The notes under the pieces: generated by a model
Databases searched by the model: none
What the model was told of the DNA's origin: nothing
What the model saw: only the letters and a program-made list of their open reading frames with translations
Translations under genes and position numbers: made by a program
Shown here: piece after piece, positions 10,037 to 20,660 of the stretch
Layout of the letters: each line of letters starts with the position of its first letter
Position numbering within the stretch: position 1 is the first letter of the stretch
Assembly (NCBI GenBank): GCA_903873165.1
Contig: CAIQNQ010000103.1
Location: 8,387-72,386, forward strand
Direction: 5' to 3'
DNA: 64,000 nt
Source of the DNA: an uncultured Methylococcaceae bacterium
GTDB taxonomy: Bacteria; Pseudomonadota; Gammaproteobacteria; Methylococcales; Methylomonadaceae

Positions 10037-10750
10037 TCACTTCTTAAACTTAACCACTTTATTTAAGGGACTGAGATTAATTTCATCAATCACTAAGTGG
10101 GTCGGTGAAGTTAAAACATACCCGACCGCTTCGGCAACATCTTCTGGATTGATGCTGTTACTCTGATGGTCGCCAGGTTCAAAACTTAAATCATCAAAAA
10201 ATGGGGTTTTTACCATACCGGGATTTATTAAACTCACCCGCACATTGCTTTTACCGCAATCCTCCCGTAAAGCTTGCGTGAAGCCACGTAAGGCAAATTT
10301 ACTGGCGCAATAAATTGCGCCTTTACGGCTACCTTTTAGAGCGGCTTCTGAACCTATATAAATTAAATCACTATGGTTTTTACGCTTTAAATCAGGCAAT
10401 AATGCTTTAGTTAAATAAACTTGGCTGGTAAAGTTTAGTGTTATTAAGGCATCAATCTGCTCATAAGAAAACTCTTCAATTGAGCCAAATTGTCCCATGC
10501 CAGCACAGAAAATCACCGTATCAATAGCCGGATGACTTTGTTGAATAGCTTTTATTTTCTGAGGCAAGTGCTCTAATTGGCTTAAGTCTAGAGTGATCGA
10601 TACAAACAGTGGGTATTGACTTAAGACTTGAGTTGCACGTCTAGCAATACCCAGCACTGTATGACCTTGTTTTAATAATTGTTCAGCTACCGCTAAACCA
10701 ATGCCAGAGCTACTTCCGGTGACTAATATAGTGCGTGTTAAAGAGTGCAT
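10037..10750 (-). CDS. short-chain dehydrogenase/reductase (SDR)
   Basis: TGSSSGIG cofactor motif and a YCASK catalytic motif. The ORF overlaps the upstream radical SAM gene by 13 nt. Confidence 0.85.
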   Translation of the reverse strand: MHSLTRTILVTGSSSGIGLAVAEQLLKQGHTVLGIARRATQVLSQYPLFVSITLDLSQLEHLPQKIKAIQQSHPAIDTVIFCAGMGQFGSIEEFSYEQIDALITLNFTSQVYLTKALLPDLKRKNHSDLIYIGSEAALKGSRKGAIYCASKFALRGFTQALREDCGKSNVRVSLINPGMVKTPFFDDLSFEPGDHQSNSINPEDVAEAVGYVLTSPTHLVIDEINLSPLNKVVKFKK

Positions 10751-11730
10751 GGAAAAAACACCGATTCAGGAATATAACTTAATAATTGTTCAGTACAATA
10801 ATTCATCATCTCTTGTTCTAAATCGCGCTGATAAGAAACCATACCTTGCTGATTAGATAGCGGACTCACGAACAAGCGCTCTTCTGGATACAATTTATGT
10901 ATCTTCTTAAAATAACTCTCTGGTAACCTAAATGTGCCTAAACTGACTGAATGTAACTGCTGCATGTTAATTTGAGAAAAAACCTGCTCAAACAAGCGTT
11001 GGTATTGGTCTTGATAACCGGATTGATAAATAAGTGGATCAAAACGTAAACCAATCTGCCAACCCTGAGCTTGTACTTTACAGAGGGCTTCTAACCGTCT
11101 TTCCAAAGAAGGCGCTTTATCTTCAACTTTAGTGGCGATTTCGTCAGGATTTAAACTAAAGGCGACGATACAACGCTCAAAAGGGGTTTTATTAAGCAAG
11201 CTTCTCACTTGAGTGCTTTTAGTGCGCAACTCTAACCAAGCGTTTGGTATTTGTTCAAATACAGGTAGAAATTGTTCAGCGAAACCTGTGACTGGCTCTA
11301 GGGCTAAACTATCGCAATCATAACCCGAGAAAAAATGTACGGGTTGATCCGGAAACTCAGCACAACGGGCTTTAATAGCGGCTTGAAAGTCTTCGTAATT
11401 AATAAACAAGACATAATTAGCCGATTGATACATGCCTTGTAAAAAACAATATCGACAGTCGTACAAGCAATTTAGCATGTGTGAGAAATAATAATTTTGT
11501 TCTGCCCCCACGCCATAGCCAGACGGAGCTGGCATGGTAAAATTCTTATATTTCTCGGCCAATATTAAAGCGGGCTTTTGTTTTTGGAGTCTAAAATTCT
11601 GGGCTTTGGGATTAAAAACCTCACCATAACGACCACAGGTAATGCGATTCGCGTGTGGAAAGCGCGCCAAAATCTCCAACACACGCGGATGTTGCAAGAT
11701 ATTTTCTTCTATATAGATGGTTTCAATCAT
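10738..11730 (-). CDS. radical SAM protein, spore-photoproduct-lyase-like (SplB family)
   Basis: CLYDCRYC is a CxxxCxxC cluster. The overall length and the N-terminus (IYIEE...HPR) resemble SPL-family proteins of non-sporulating bacteria. Confidence 0.7.
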   Translation of the reverse strand: MIETIYIEENILQHPRVLEILARFPHANRITCGRYGEVFNPKAQNFRLQKQKPALILAEKYKNFTMPAPSGYGVGAEQNYYFSHMLNCLYDCRYCFLQGMYQSANYVLFINYEDFQAAIKARCAEFPDQPVHFFSGYDCDSLALEPVTGFAEQFLPVFEQIPNAWLELRTKSTQVRSLLNKTPFERCIVAFSLNPDEIATKVEDKAPSLERRLEALCKVQAQGWQIGLRFDPLIYQSGYQDQYQRLFEQVFSQINMQQLHSVSLGTFRLPESYFKKIHKLYPEERLFVSPLSNQQGMVSYQRDLEQEMMNYCTEQLLSYIPESVFFPCTL

Positions 11731-11850
11731 GGAGGATAATTTTTACAAATGAGTCTTTCAACGATTCATTTTATAGGAAAACACTTGTGAATTATTGCGC
11801 TGGCCTTATATAGGTTAAAATATGTTTAACTTAACCAAACTTTATTAAAA

Positions 11851-12678
11851 ATGAATACACAAAAAATTGGTTTCATCGGCGGGGGCAATATGGCCTCTAG
11901 CTTGATTAGCGGTTTAATTGCTAGTGGTCATTCTGCCCAACATATATGGGTTTCAGACGTTAACCCAGAGGCTCTTAAATCCTTAGCAGATAATTTAAAT
12001 GTTAATACATCCACAGACAACGCAGAGCTTATCAATGCCGTTGATGTTGTGGTCTTAGCGGTAAAACCCCAAATACTTAAAGAAGTTGCAACAAATGCCG
12101 CGTCTTTAATTCAACAAAACAAATCATTAGTTGTTTCTATCGCAGCGGGCATAAGCCAAGCCAGCCTAAGTGAATGGTTAGGGTCAGATATTGCGATTGT
12201 TCGTTGTATGCCTAACACTCCGGCACTGGTATTAACCGGCGCGACAGCATTACATGCCAATTCTAAAGTCAATCCCACCCAGCATGATTTAGCAGAAAGT
12301 ATCATGCGTTCGGTAGGTATTGCACTGTGGGTTGAAGAAGAAGGTGAGTTGGATGCCGTAACCGCCGTTTCGGGTAGTGGCCCAGCCTATTACTTCTTGC
12401 TGATGGAAGCGATGGAAAAAACGGCGATAGAATTAGGCTTAACGCCAAATACCGCGCGGTTATTAGTGCAACAAACCGCTCTAGGCGCAGCAAAAATCGC
12501 TTTAGAATCGACTGAATCTCCAGAAGAGTTGCGTAAAAGAGTCACCTCACCTGGCGGCACGACTCAAAAAGCTATTGAAACTTTTGAGCAAGGTGGATTT
12601 ACAGAATTAGTATCAAAAGCACTGCACGCCGCTAAAGATCGTTCTATTGAAATGTCAAAACCCTCGGAGAAAAGCTAA
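11851..12678 (+). CDS. proC: pyrroline-5-carboxylate reductase
   Basis: 275 aa with a GFIGGGNMA Rossmann motif and a conserved C-terminal SPGGTT motif. Confidence 0.92.
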   Translation: MNTQKIGFIGGGNMASSLISGLIASGHSAQHIWVSDVNPEALKSLADNLNVNTSTDNAELINAVDVVVLAVKPQILKEVATNAASLIQQNKSLVVSIAAGISQASLSEWLGSDIAIVRCMPNTPALVLTGATALHANSKVNPTQHDLAESIMRSVGIALWVEEEGELDAVTAVSGSGPAYYFLLMEAMEKTAIELGLTPNTARLLVQQTALGAAKIALESTESPEELRKRVTSPGGTTQKAIETFEQGGFTELVSKALHAAKDRSIEMSKPSEKS

Positions 12679-13256
12679 TGGGTGCAACTTACTTTACTGA
12701 TCCACTTATTTTTTTAATTGATAGCGTATTCTCGCTTTATATATTGGCAGTGCTACTACGCTTTTTATTGCAATGGGGTGGTGCTGGATATTACAATCCA
12801 ATTCTACAATTTTTAGTCAAAATTACCCATCCACCTTTAAAGTTACTACGTCGCGTTGTGCCTTCGGTGGGTAGAATTGATACTGCGTCTTTGATTCTGA
12901 TATTTGCTTTACAAATGACTTCAGACTTTTCAATTCGCTTATTGTTAGAAGGCGGCATGATTAATATTGGTGCCCTTGCCATTACTTCTCTTGCGCAGCT
13001 AGTGTCTTTATTACTTAATGTATTGGTTTTTAGTATTTTTGCTAGAGCACTACTCAGCTGGGCAAATCCGGGTACTTTTAGTTCTGCTGAATCGGTATTA
13101 AGAACCATCACTGAACCAGTGCTAGATGTTTTTAGACGTGTAATTCCAGATTTAGGCGGTATTGATTTATCACCGTTAGCAGCCTTATTGGTTTTGCAAA
13201 TGGCAAAGATGGTTGTTTTGCCGCCGTTCTATGAACTAGCTAGTTTAATCAGTTAA
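12678..13256 (+). CDS. yggT: YggT family membrane protein
   Basis: 192-aa membrane ORF immediately after proC, which is the conserved proC-yggT pairing. It shows the duplicated YggT repeat pattern. Confidence 0.8.
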   Translation: MGATYFTDPLIFLIDSVFSLYILAVLLRFLLQWGGAGYYNPILQFLVKITHPPLKLLRRVVPSVGRIDTASLILIFALQMTSDFSIRLLLEGGMINIGALAITSLAQLVSLLLNVLVFSIFARALLSWANPGTFSSAESVLRTITEPVLDVFRRVIPDLGGIDLSPLAALLVLQMAKMVVLPPFYELASLIS

Positions 13257-13819
13257 ACTGTTTTGGAGCCGAGCAATGCTGCTCTTTTTTGTTTAGCACG
13301 CTCGGCTTTTTCCTGATTTTCTTTCTCTATACGTAAGTTTTTTGCTTCGTAACGTTTTCGGGCTAATTGAGCAGCCGCATACTGCTGAGTTTTAAAAAAG
13401 TCCAACTCAGTTTCAACAAAAGGCTCTACATATCGCATCTCAATACAATCAACAGGACAGGGTGATATACAGAGTTCACAACCTGTACATTCAGAAGCTA
13501 TCACGGTATGCATAAACTTCGCCGCCCCTAAAATGGCGTCAACAGGGCAAGCGGCAATACATTTAACGCAACCGATACAGTCTTCTTCAATAATAAACGC
13601 CACTTGCTTGGGTTTATGCTCACCAAACTCTGGATTGAGTGGTTTAACCGAAAACCCAAGTAACTTAGCTAATTGCTCAATCCCCGCCTCTCCACCTGGA
13701 GGACATTGATTGATATCAGCTGCTTCTGCGGCTATTGCTTCGGCATAAGGTCGGCAGCCCTTAAAGCCACATTGACCACATTGTGTTTGGGGCAAAATTG
13801 CATTTATTTGTTCTATCAC
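13253..13819 (-). CDS. RnfB-related ferredoxin (4Fe-4S, no membrane anchor)
   Basis: The N-terminus has [13 protein letters not shown], a 4Fe4S Fe-S-binding motif. Two CxxCxxCxxxCP motifs follow. Confidence 0.8.
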   Translation of the reverse strand: MIEQINAILPQTQCGQCGFKGCRPYAEAIAAEAADINQCPPGGEAGIEQLAKLLGFSVKPLNPEFGEHKPKQVAFIIEEDCIGCVKCIAACPVDAILGAAKFMHTVIASECTGCELCISPCPVDCIEMRYVEPFVETELDFFKTQQYAAAQLARKRYEAKNLRIEKENQEKAERAKQKRAALLGSKTV

Positions 13820-13831
13820 GCGCTATTTAAA

Positions 13832-15427
13832 TTATTTCTTTTTACCAAACAGATTACTAATCATCGCCTTTGTTCTAGCAATATCATCTTTTACAAAATT
13901 AATTGGATTTTGTTCCGGTATAGGCTCATAAGGTTCTGCCTCAACTTCCGCAACGGGTTCTTGAATTGGTTTAATCTTAGTTTCAAGAACGGGTGACACG
14001 ACAGCAACTGGCTCAGTTTCTTTTATAGTTGCTTCTTCTGGTGTTTTTTTACCTAAGAGACCTTTAAATTTACCCGCAAAGCCACTACTGGTTTCTTTAG
14101 CGACAACAGGTGTTGGCTCAGTCACGACTGGCTCAATTACCACAGGAGTGACTTGCACAGGCGCTGGAACGGGTTCTGGAGCAGGAGCAGCAACTACCGT
14201 ATCAGCAGCTTCTGATTTACCCCGACCCAATAATCCTTTTAACTTGCCAAAACCAAACGACTTGTCTTCTTTGGCCGCAGATTGAGTAGGTTCTGGTTGG
14301 ATTGTTTCTATAGGCGTTGGCGTAACTTCAGGCTGTACTGGCGAAATTTCTGATAAAGCTACGTTAACTTCAACCTTCTCAGGGCCTTTGGCAAATAAAC
14401 CTTTAAACCGAGAAGATAGCCCCGCACCTGATTCTTTAGTTGCCGCCGGAACTTCTTCTTTAAACGCTTCAGGTTCTGGTAAGACTACTGGTTCAGATAC
14501 TACAACAGGCGCGACTTCAGCTAAAGTAACTTCTGCTGCTACTGGTTTTACTTCAGGGATAATAAGTTCAGGTTTAGGTTGAACTTCTGGCTCTGGTTCT
14601 AATATTACAATCGGTTCGACTTTATGGGTTTCCAATATCTGCGTGGCTTGCGGAGTATGGGTAGAAGTGGCCTGGAGTTGTTGCTCTAATAAAGAGACAC
14701 GCGCCAATTCTGCTTGGCTCTTAGCAACCGCTTCAGCTAAGGCTTGCTCAGCTTTATCTTGCTGAACTTTTAATATAGATTTTTGATCTTCAAGCGCTTG
14801 TTCTAATTTTGAAAGTTGATCTTGTTGCGTAACCAAGGTTGTTTGTAAAGTATCTCTTAACGACTCTAATTCCTTGCGTTGTAATGTTTCAACCTGATAG
14901 GCTTGATCCAATTGTACTCTAGCTTGCTGTTCACTTTGTAAGCGCGTGGCTAATAAATTGGTCACTCTATCGTGTTGTTGCCACAAACCTTCAGCTTTAA
15001 TGTCGCCCATAAGAGGCACAGGACGCTCACCTAAATCAAATCGAGTAGCTAGCGATTGAACCAAACTTGACACTTGTTCATTACGAAGTTTAACTAAACT
15101 CTCATGATTTTTAGCGCGTTCAGTTTCAGTTTCAGCCGTTTTTAGGGCTTGTTGCAATTGTTCAGTATTGACCTGTAATTGCTCTTGAATCGACTTTAAT
15201 TCTGCTTGTGCTGTTGCTATTTGTGCCGATAAATTAGCTTGTTCGGTACTATGCAACTTATCATTGAGGCGAATTTTTCTTTTTAAGAAACCAACTCTTA
15301 TGCTGTACAAGATTGCCGTTATGAGAAATACAGCACCCGCTAAAATACCTGCGTTAATCTGATTAATAACTGCCCATGCCAACCAATCAGAAAAAAGTTG
15401 ATTAATTAAAGGTAAATAAGTTTCCAT
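13832..15427 (-). CDS. membrane-anchored coiled-coil / Pro-Glu-Val-rich repeat protein, function unknown
   Basis: 531 aa with an N-terminal TM segment, a long Q/E/L-rich heptad-like region, and then a PEP/PVP-rich low-complexity region. The C-terminal part carries four [FL]-x-G-L-[FL]-[AG]-K-like motifs. Confidence 0.6.
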   Translation of the reverse strand: METYLPLINQLFSDWLAWAVINQINAGILAGAVFLITAILYSIRVGFLKRKIRLNDKLHSTEQANLSAQIATAQAELKSIQEQLQVNTEQLQQALKTAETETERAKNHESLVKLRNEQVSSLVQSLATRFDLGERPVPLMGDIKAEGLWQQHDRVTNLLATRLQSEQQARVQLDQAYQVETLQRKELESLRDTLQTTLVTQQDQLSKLEQALEDQKSILKVQQDKAEQALAEAVAKSQAELARVSLLEQQLQATSTHTPQATQILETHKVEPIVILEPEPEVQPKPELIIPEVKPVAAEVTLAEVAPVVVSEPVVLPEPEAFKEEVPAATKESGAGLSSRFKGLFAKGPEKVEVNVALSEISPVQPEVTPTPIETIQPEPTQSAAKEDKSFGFGKLKGLLGRGKSEAADTVVAAPAPEPVPAPVQVTPVVIEPVVTEPTPVVAKETSSGFAGKFKGLLGKKTPEEATIKETEPVAVVSPVLETKIKPIQEPVAEVEAEPYEPIPEQNPINFVKDDIARTKAMISNLFGKKK

Positions 15428-15587
15428 AAAATACGTTTCTCAATAAAAAGTAATAAGCGTTTTCAATTCTGCGGAACAGCACAGCAGCGAGTTCTTTTAA
15501 ACAGTACCTTATACAATAAGATTGAAAGATTGCAAAAACAAATGATTATTTATTGATCAATATATCGAGAACAATTTACTTTTAATA

Positions 15588-16124
15588 TTAAAATTCAATA
15601 CCTTGCTCTGCCTTGATGCCTTGTTCAAAAGCGTGTTTGATGAGCGTCATTTCAGTTACTGTGTCAGCAAGCGCAATAACTTCGGGTGCAGCATTACGCC
15701 CAGTTAATATTAAATGGCTCCAAGCCGGTTTCTCGTTGCGAATAAAGTCAGCAATAGCTTGACCATCAAGCCAACCATATCCACAGCAATAATTAATTTC
15801 GTCTAATAAGACTAGATCAAATTCACCAGAACGAATTTTTTCTTTGCTGAACTCCCAAATGGCTTGCGTAGTTTTGATATCTTGTTCTGGATTTTTAGTA
15901 TCCCAAGTAAAGCCATCACCTAAAGCATGCCACTCTATATTATCAAAACGAGCGGCGGCCTTTTGTTCACCTGTTTGCCATTGACCCTTAATATATTGAA
16001 TAACACAGACTTTCATACCCCAACCAGCGGCCCTAAAAACCATCCCCAAAGCACTTGATGATTTACCTTTACCTTCACCCATATTAACTAGAACTAGTCC
16101 GTGTCGGCGTTCTCTCGATTTCAT
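15588..16124 (-). CDS. cobO: cob(I)yrinic acid a,c-diamide adenosyltransferase
   Basis: 178 aa with a GEGKGKSS P-loop and a conserved CobA/CobO/BtuR layout. Confidence 0.88.
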   Translation of the reverse strand: MKSRERRHGLVLVNMGEGKGKSSSALGMVFRAAGWGMKVCVIQYIKGQWQTGEQKAAARFDNIEWHALGDGFTWDTKNPEQDIKTTQAIWEFSKEKIRSGEFDLVLLDEINYCCGYGWLDGQAIADFIRNEKPAWSHLILTGRNAAPEVIALADTVTEMTLIKHAFEQGIKAEQGIEF

Positions 16125-16256
16125 ATTCAGATCCCTAATTTAAATAAACACCAAGAAAAGATAATAATTTTACAAAAGTGAGCCGCCTTTGGCTTTCAAT
16201 CATGATAAAGTTGCCTTATTCTTACCACCCTCATTGTAACCTTAAAAAATCATATT

Positions 16257-17537
16257 ATGACTCAAGCAACTGTATTATTTTCTGAAGCTAAACAAGTTAT
16301 ACCCGGCGGTGTTAACTCGCCAGTACGTTCATTTAGTGGTGTGGGTGGCACTCCAGTATTTATTGATCATGCAGTTGGCCCTTATATAACGGATAGTTTT
16401 GGCAAACAATATATTGACTATGTCGGTTCTTGGGGGCCAATGGTTTTAGGTCATGCACATCCAGAAGTGATTAATGCCGTAAAAGTCGCGGCAGAAAAAG
16501 GTTTAAGTTTTGGGGCGCCCACTGAAATTGAAACCAGCATGGCGCAAAGAGTCTGTGAATTAGTTCCCTCATGTGATTTAGTGCGCATGGTAAGTTCTGG
16601 AACTGAAGCAACCATGAGTGCAATTCGATTAGCCAGAGGCTATACAGGCCGAGATAAAATCGTCAAATTTGAAGGCTGTTATCATGGACATTCTGATTCT
16701 TTGTTAGTTAAAGCGGGTTCAGGTGCGTTAACTTTTGGCGTGCCTAGCTCACCTGGAGTTCCCGCTTCTGTTGCAGCAAATACTATTACCTTACCTTTCA
16801 ATGATTCAGCAGCCGTCAAACAACTTTTTGCTGAAATTGGCGATCAAATCGCCGGTATTATCGTAGAACCAGTCGCTGGAAATATGAATTGTGTTCCTCC
16901 TGTACCTGGCTTTTTAGAAACATTGCGGCAAGTTTGTGATGAACACGCTAGTGTATTAATTTTTGATGAAGTAATGACCGGCTTTAGAGTGGCATTACAG
17001 GGTGCTCAAGGTCTATATAACATTCAACCCGACCTTACGACTTTAGGAAAGATTATTGGTGGCGGCATGCCAGTTGGGGCTTTTGGTGGCAAGCGTCACA
17101 TTATGGAACAGCTAGCACCACTAGGCCCCGTCTATCAAGCAGGCACATTATCAGGCAACCCTGTTGCGATGGCTGCGGGCTTAAAAACTTTACAGCTAAT
17201 TGCTGAGCCGGGATTTTATGAAAATTTAACGTTAAAAACTACCCAATTAACCTCTGGATTAAAAGATCACGCACAAAAAGCGGGCATTGCTTTAAGTACT
17301 AATCAAGTAGGTGGCATGTTTGGGCTATTCTTTAGTGCTGAACCGCACATATCCAGCTTTGCTCAAGTTATGCAATGTGATCAAATCCTATTTAAACGTT
17401 TTTTCCATGCCATGCTTGAGGCAGGTGTCTACTTAGCACCGTCAGCCTTTGAAGCAGGCTTTGTTTCAGCGGCTCATACGGATGCTGATATAGAAAAAAC
17501 CTTAGACATTGCTGAGACGGTGTTTAAAAACTTATAA
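16257..17537 (+). CDS. hemL: glutamate-1-semialdehyde 2,1-aminomutase
   Basis: 426 aa with [12 protein letters not shown] at the N-terminus and the PLP lysine context TLGKIIGGG. Confidence 0.95.
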   Translation: MTQATVLFSEAKQVIPGGVNSPVRSFSGVGGTPVFIDHAVGPYITDSFGKQYIDYVGSWGPMVLGHAHPEVINAVKVAAEKGLSFGAPTEIETSMAQRVCELVPSCDLVRMVSSGTEATMSAIRLARGYTGRDKIVKFEGCYHGHSDSLLVKAGSGALTFGVPSSPGVPASVAANTITLPFNDSAAVKQLFAEIGDQIAGIIVEPVAGNMNCVPPVPGFLETLRQVCDEHASVLIFDEVMTGFRVALQGAQGLYNIQPDLTTLGKIIGGGMPVGAFGGKRHIMEQLAPLGPVYQAGTLSGNPVAMAAGLKTLQLIAEPGFYENLTLKTTQLTSGLKDHAQKAGIALSTNQVGGMFGLFFSAEPHISSFAQVMQCDQILFKRFFHAMLEAGVYLAPSAFEAGFVSAAHTDADIEKTLDIAETVFKNL

Positions 17538-17580
17538 AAATAGTCGACGGCATTAATAAATCATAGAGAACCACCGACTC

Positions 17581-17612
17581 AAAAAAAAGGCACTTAACTA
17601 AATTAAGTGCCT
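17581..17612 (-). terminator. intrinsic terminator with minus-strand polarity
   Basis: 10-bp perfect stem AGGCACTTAA / TTAAGTGCCT with a 5-nt loop. An A8 run precedes it on the plus strand, which is a T8 tail on the minus strand. No annotated minus-strand gene lies upstream of it. Confidence 0.6.
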
Positions 17613-17945
17613 CATAGTGGCAACACACAGGAGATCGAGAAACATTTACAATAGTTAAAGCAGTTAATATGCCAATCCACCAAAGGCCTGCACAAACTAA
17701 CTGTTACTCAGTAACTATTACCAATGACTGGCTCTTACGCCCCATCATGAGTCAGTTTTAAAGCATCACCCCCCTGTATTTGCACATGTTTAGAGCAAAA
17801 ATAAATTAAATCCCTTAACTTGCCCATCTAATATCTAATGTGGATTTCAATCTGCAATGTCTAAATCATTACTAAGACGCTATTGGGTGTTAGAATAGTG
17901 ACAAAAATCCCACCCTCGTAACATTTATAACTATTTGAGGATACT

Positions 17946-20588
17946 ATGCGGAACATGAAGTTTTTACCCGCGATTGTTGGTGTACTATTACTTGTCGCGA
18001 TTATTGTATTTATTGCATTCCACTTCATCTTTCTTGATTTATTCGTTGATCTCTGGTGGTTTCAATCTTTAAAACTAGAACCTTATTTCTGGCAAAGACT
18101 ACTCTATAAGTTTTTTCTTTCTGGAGGGGTTACTCTTTTCTTCTTTGCTATTTTCTTTTTTCATTTCTGGATTGCGGCGAGTTATTTAGGCATTGTCGAA
18201 CCCGAAGAAACGCAAGCTAATCTAAATCGTCGCCGTAACTTTCAACGCTTTACTAATGTCTTTATGAATGGCTCAGCGACGGTATACACACCTATCTCTT
18301 TAGCTTTGGCAGTGTTTATTGCCATCCCTTTTTATAATCAATGGGAAACCGCGTTACTGTTCTTTTTCGGACAAAACTCTGGCGTTAAAGAAAGCATCTA
18401 CGGCAACGACATCAGTTTTTATATGCTGTCGTATCCAATCTTTGTGTTAATTCAAAAAGAACTATTAATTACCGCCAGCGTGTTGTTTTCTGGTATTGGA
18501 ATTTTGTATTGGCTGGAACATAATTTTATACCTAATCAAAACAAAGCCTATCCGTTCGCTGTTAAAGTACATTTAGCTATTTTACTTAGCTTTGTAGTGG
18601 GTTTTGTGGTTTGGGGCTTTATGCTAGAGCGGTTTAATTTGCTCTACACTGAGACTCATGAACCTATCTTTTATGGCCCAGGTTATTTAGAAATTTTTTA
18701 TGACTTAAAAGTCATCTGGCTAAAAATTGCTACTTTTATCGCTACGGCTATCTCTTTAGGCTTACTGATATTCTCAACTGAACATCGGATTAAAAAGCCA
18801 TTTTTTATTGCTTTAGGTCTTTTTATAGTGGCGATGGCTGTGCCTTATGCGCACTTTATTCCTGATTCTATCAATCGATACTTGGTTAATCCGAATCCAG
18901 TATCGACTAATAAGCCGTTCATGCAACAAAATATAGATTCAACGCTAACCGCTTATAATCTAAATAATATTAATACTGTTGATGTGTCTATTCAATTGAA
19001 TGCAACTCAAGACATTGAAACGTGGGGTACTCAAAAACGTTTTGAAAATATTCCTGTTTGGGATAGAGAGTTTATAGTTGATAGTTATAAACAACTCCAA
19101 GAAATCAGGCCGTATTACAAAATATTGTCTGTTGATGAAGATCGATACTTTATTTTAGACCACACCCGCCAAGTTAATTTAGCCGCGCGTGAGGTCAATA
19201 CCACTAAACTGCCACCCGAAGCGCAAAACTGGGAAAACATACACTTACGTTATACACATGGCTATGGTGCAGCTGTGACCCCTGCCGCACAAGACGCCAA
19301 TAAACCGTTGGTTTGGTATTTACGTGACTTAAGCATGAACTCTGATGTCGGGTTTAAAGTTGATACCCCCGATATCTACTATGGCCTAGAAAATTATGAG
19401 TACGCCATTGTTCCGAATAAACTTAATATCGAAGCGATTGCTGGCACTGACCCTAACATCACCTTACCTTATCATGGTGAAGGTGGCATTCCGATTCCAT
19501 CCTTATTTAGAAAAGGTCTATTATCCTTATACTTTAAAGATGAAAAGATTTTCTTCTCGTCTAATATTAGTAGTGAAAGTAAAGTCAAAATACATCGTAA
19601 TATTACCGAGCGTATTCATAAACTCGCGCCTTTCTTACACTTAGATAAAGACCCTTATCTTGTCATTAATAAAGATCGATTTTATTGGATACAAGACGCT
19701 TATACCGTTTCAGATAAATTTCCAATTTCTCAACCGATTAATCACGCATTCTTAGATGGCAAAGAAACTTTTAACTACATTCGTAACTCGGTCAAAATTG
19801 TAGTTGACGCTTATGATGGCGACGTAGACTTTTATATTGCTGACCCAGCTGATCCTATTGTTAATGCTTATAGTAGTGCTTATCCGCATTTATTTAAAAA
19901 TCTGACCGAAATGCCCGCCGATCTAAAACAACATCTACGCTATCCACGAGATTTGTATAGTTTGCAGATGAAAATGTATGCAAAATATCATCAGCAAAGT
20001 CCTGAGTTGTTTTATGAACAAGCAGAAACGTGGGCGCAAGCTAATGTCAGAGGTCAACCTGTTGAACCCTATTATCAAACCATGGACTTTGGTAATTGTA
20101 ATGATTCCGAAGAGTTTGTATTGATTGAACCCATGACACCCGTTAATCGCACCAACTTAAGTATGATTGGTGTAGCAGGTACAATGGATAAAACCATTTG
20201 CGACGGTAGCTACAATCCTAGTATTACGGTTTATAAATTTGGTAAAGATATTCAAGTTAATGGCCCTGCACAAATTGAGGCCTTAACCCAACAAGATCCA
20301 GAAATATCCGCTCAGTTCACTTTATGGGGACAATACGGCTCAGTCGTTGAAATGGGTAGGATGATTATTATGCCAATGGGCCATACAGTGCTGTATGTAC
20401 AGCCCATATATATAGCATCCACTAAAGATAAAATGCCGCAATTGACTCGAATTATTGTTTCTATTGGTAATGAAACCATTATGGACACCACTTTATGGTC
20501 AGCCTTTAATCGTTTAAAACAAATCTTTATGAAAAATGCAGCCGAAAGTGATGGCACAGAAACGCCTAAAGCTATCAAAATGCAATAG
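17946..20588 (+). CDS. UPF0182 family membrane protein
   Basis: 880 aa with a multi-TM N-terminal third and a large soluble C-terminal part. The N-terminal pattern (FLDLFVDLWWFQSL) is characteristic of UPF0182. Confidence 0.8.
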   Translation: MRNMKFLPAIVGVLLLVAIIVFIAFHFIFLDLFVDLWWFQSLKLEPYFWQRLLYKFFLSGGVTLFFFAIFFFHFWIAASYLGIVEPEETQANLNRRRNFQRFTNVFMNGSATVYTPISLALAVFIAIPFYNQWETALLFFFGQNSGVKESIYGNDISFYMLSYPIFVLIQKELLITASVLFSGIGILYWLEHNFIPNQNKAYPFAVKVHLAILLSFVVGFVVWGFMLERFNLLYTETHEPIFYGPGYLEIFYDLKVIWLKIATFIATAISLGLLIFSTEHRIKKPFFIALGLFIVAMAVPYAHFIPDSINRYLVNPNPVSTNKPFMQQNIDSTLTAYNLNNINTVDVSIQLNATQDIETWGTQKRFENIPVWDREFIVDSYKQLQEIRPYYKILSVDEDRYFILDHTRQVNLAAREVNTTKLPPEAQNWENIHLRYTHGYGAAVTPAAQDANKPLVWYLRDLSMNSDVGFKVDTPDIYYGLENYEYAIVPNKLNIEAIAGTDPNITLPYHGEGGIPIPSLFRKGLLSLYFKDEKIFFSSNISSESKVKIHRNITERIHKLAPFLHLDKDPYLVINKDRFYWIQDAYTVSDKFPISQPINHAFLDGKETFNYIRNSVKIVVDAYDGDVDFYIADPADPIVNAYSSAYPHLFKNLTEMPADLKQHLRYPRDLYSLQMKMYAKYHQQSPELFYEQAETWAQANVRGQPVEPYYQTMDFGNCNDSEEFVLIEPMTPVNRTNLSMIGVAGTMDKTICDGSYNPSITVYKFGKDIQVNGPAQIEALTQQDPEISAQFTLWGQYGSVVEMGRMIIMPMGHTVLYVQPIYIASTKDKMPQLTRIIVSIGNETIMDTTLWSAFNRLKQIFMKNAAESDGTETPKAIKMQ

Positions 20589-20660
20589 GGTCGACTTTAC
20601 TGCTCGTAGCACTTGCAACGAGCAGTAAACATCAAGAATATTCGATTAAAATCTAACTGA

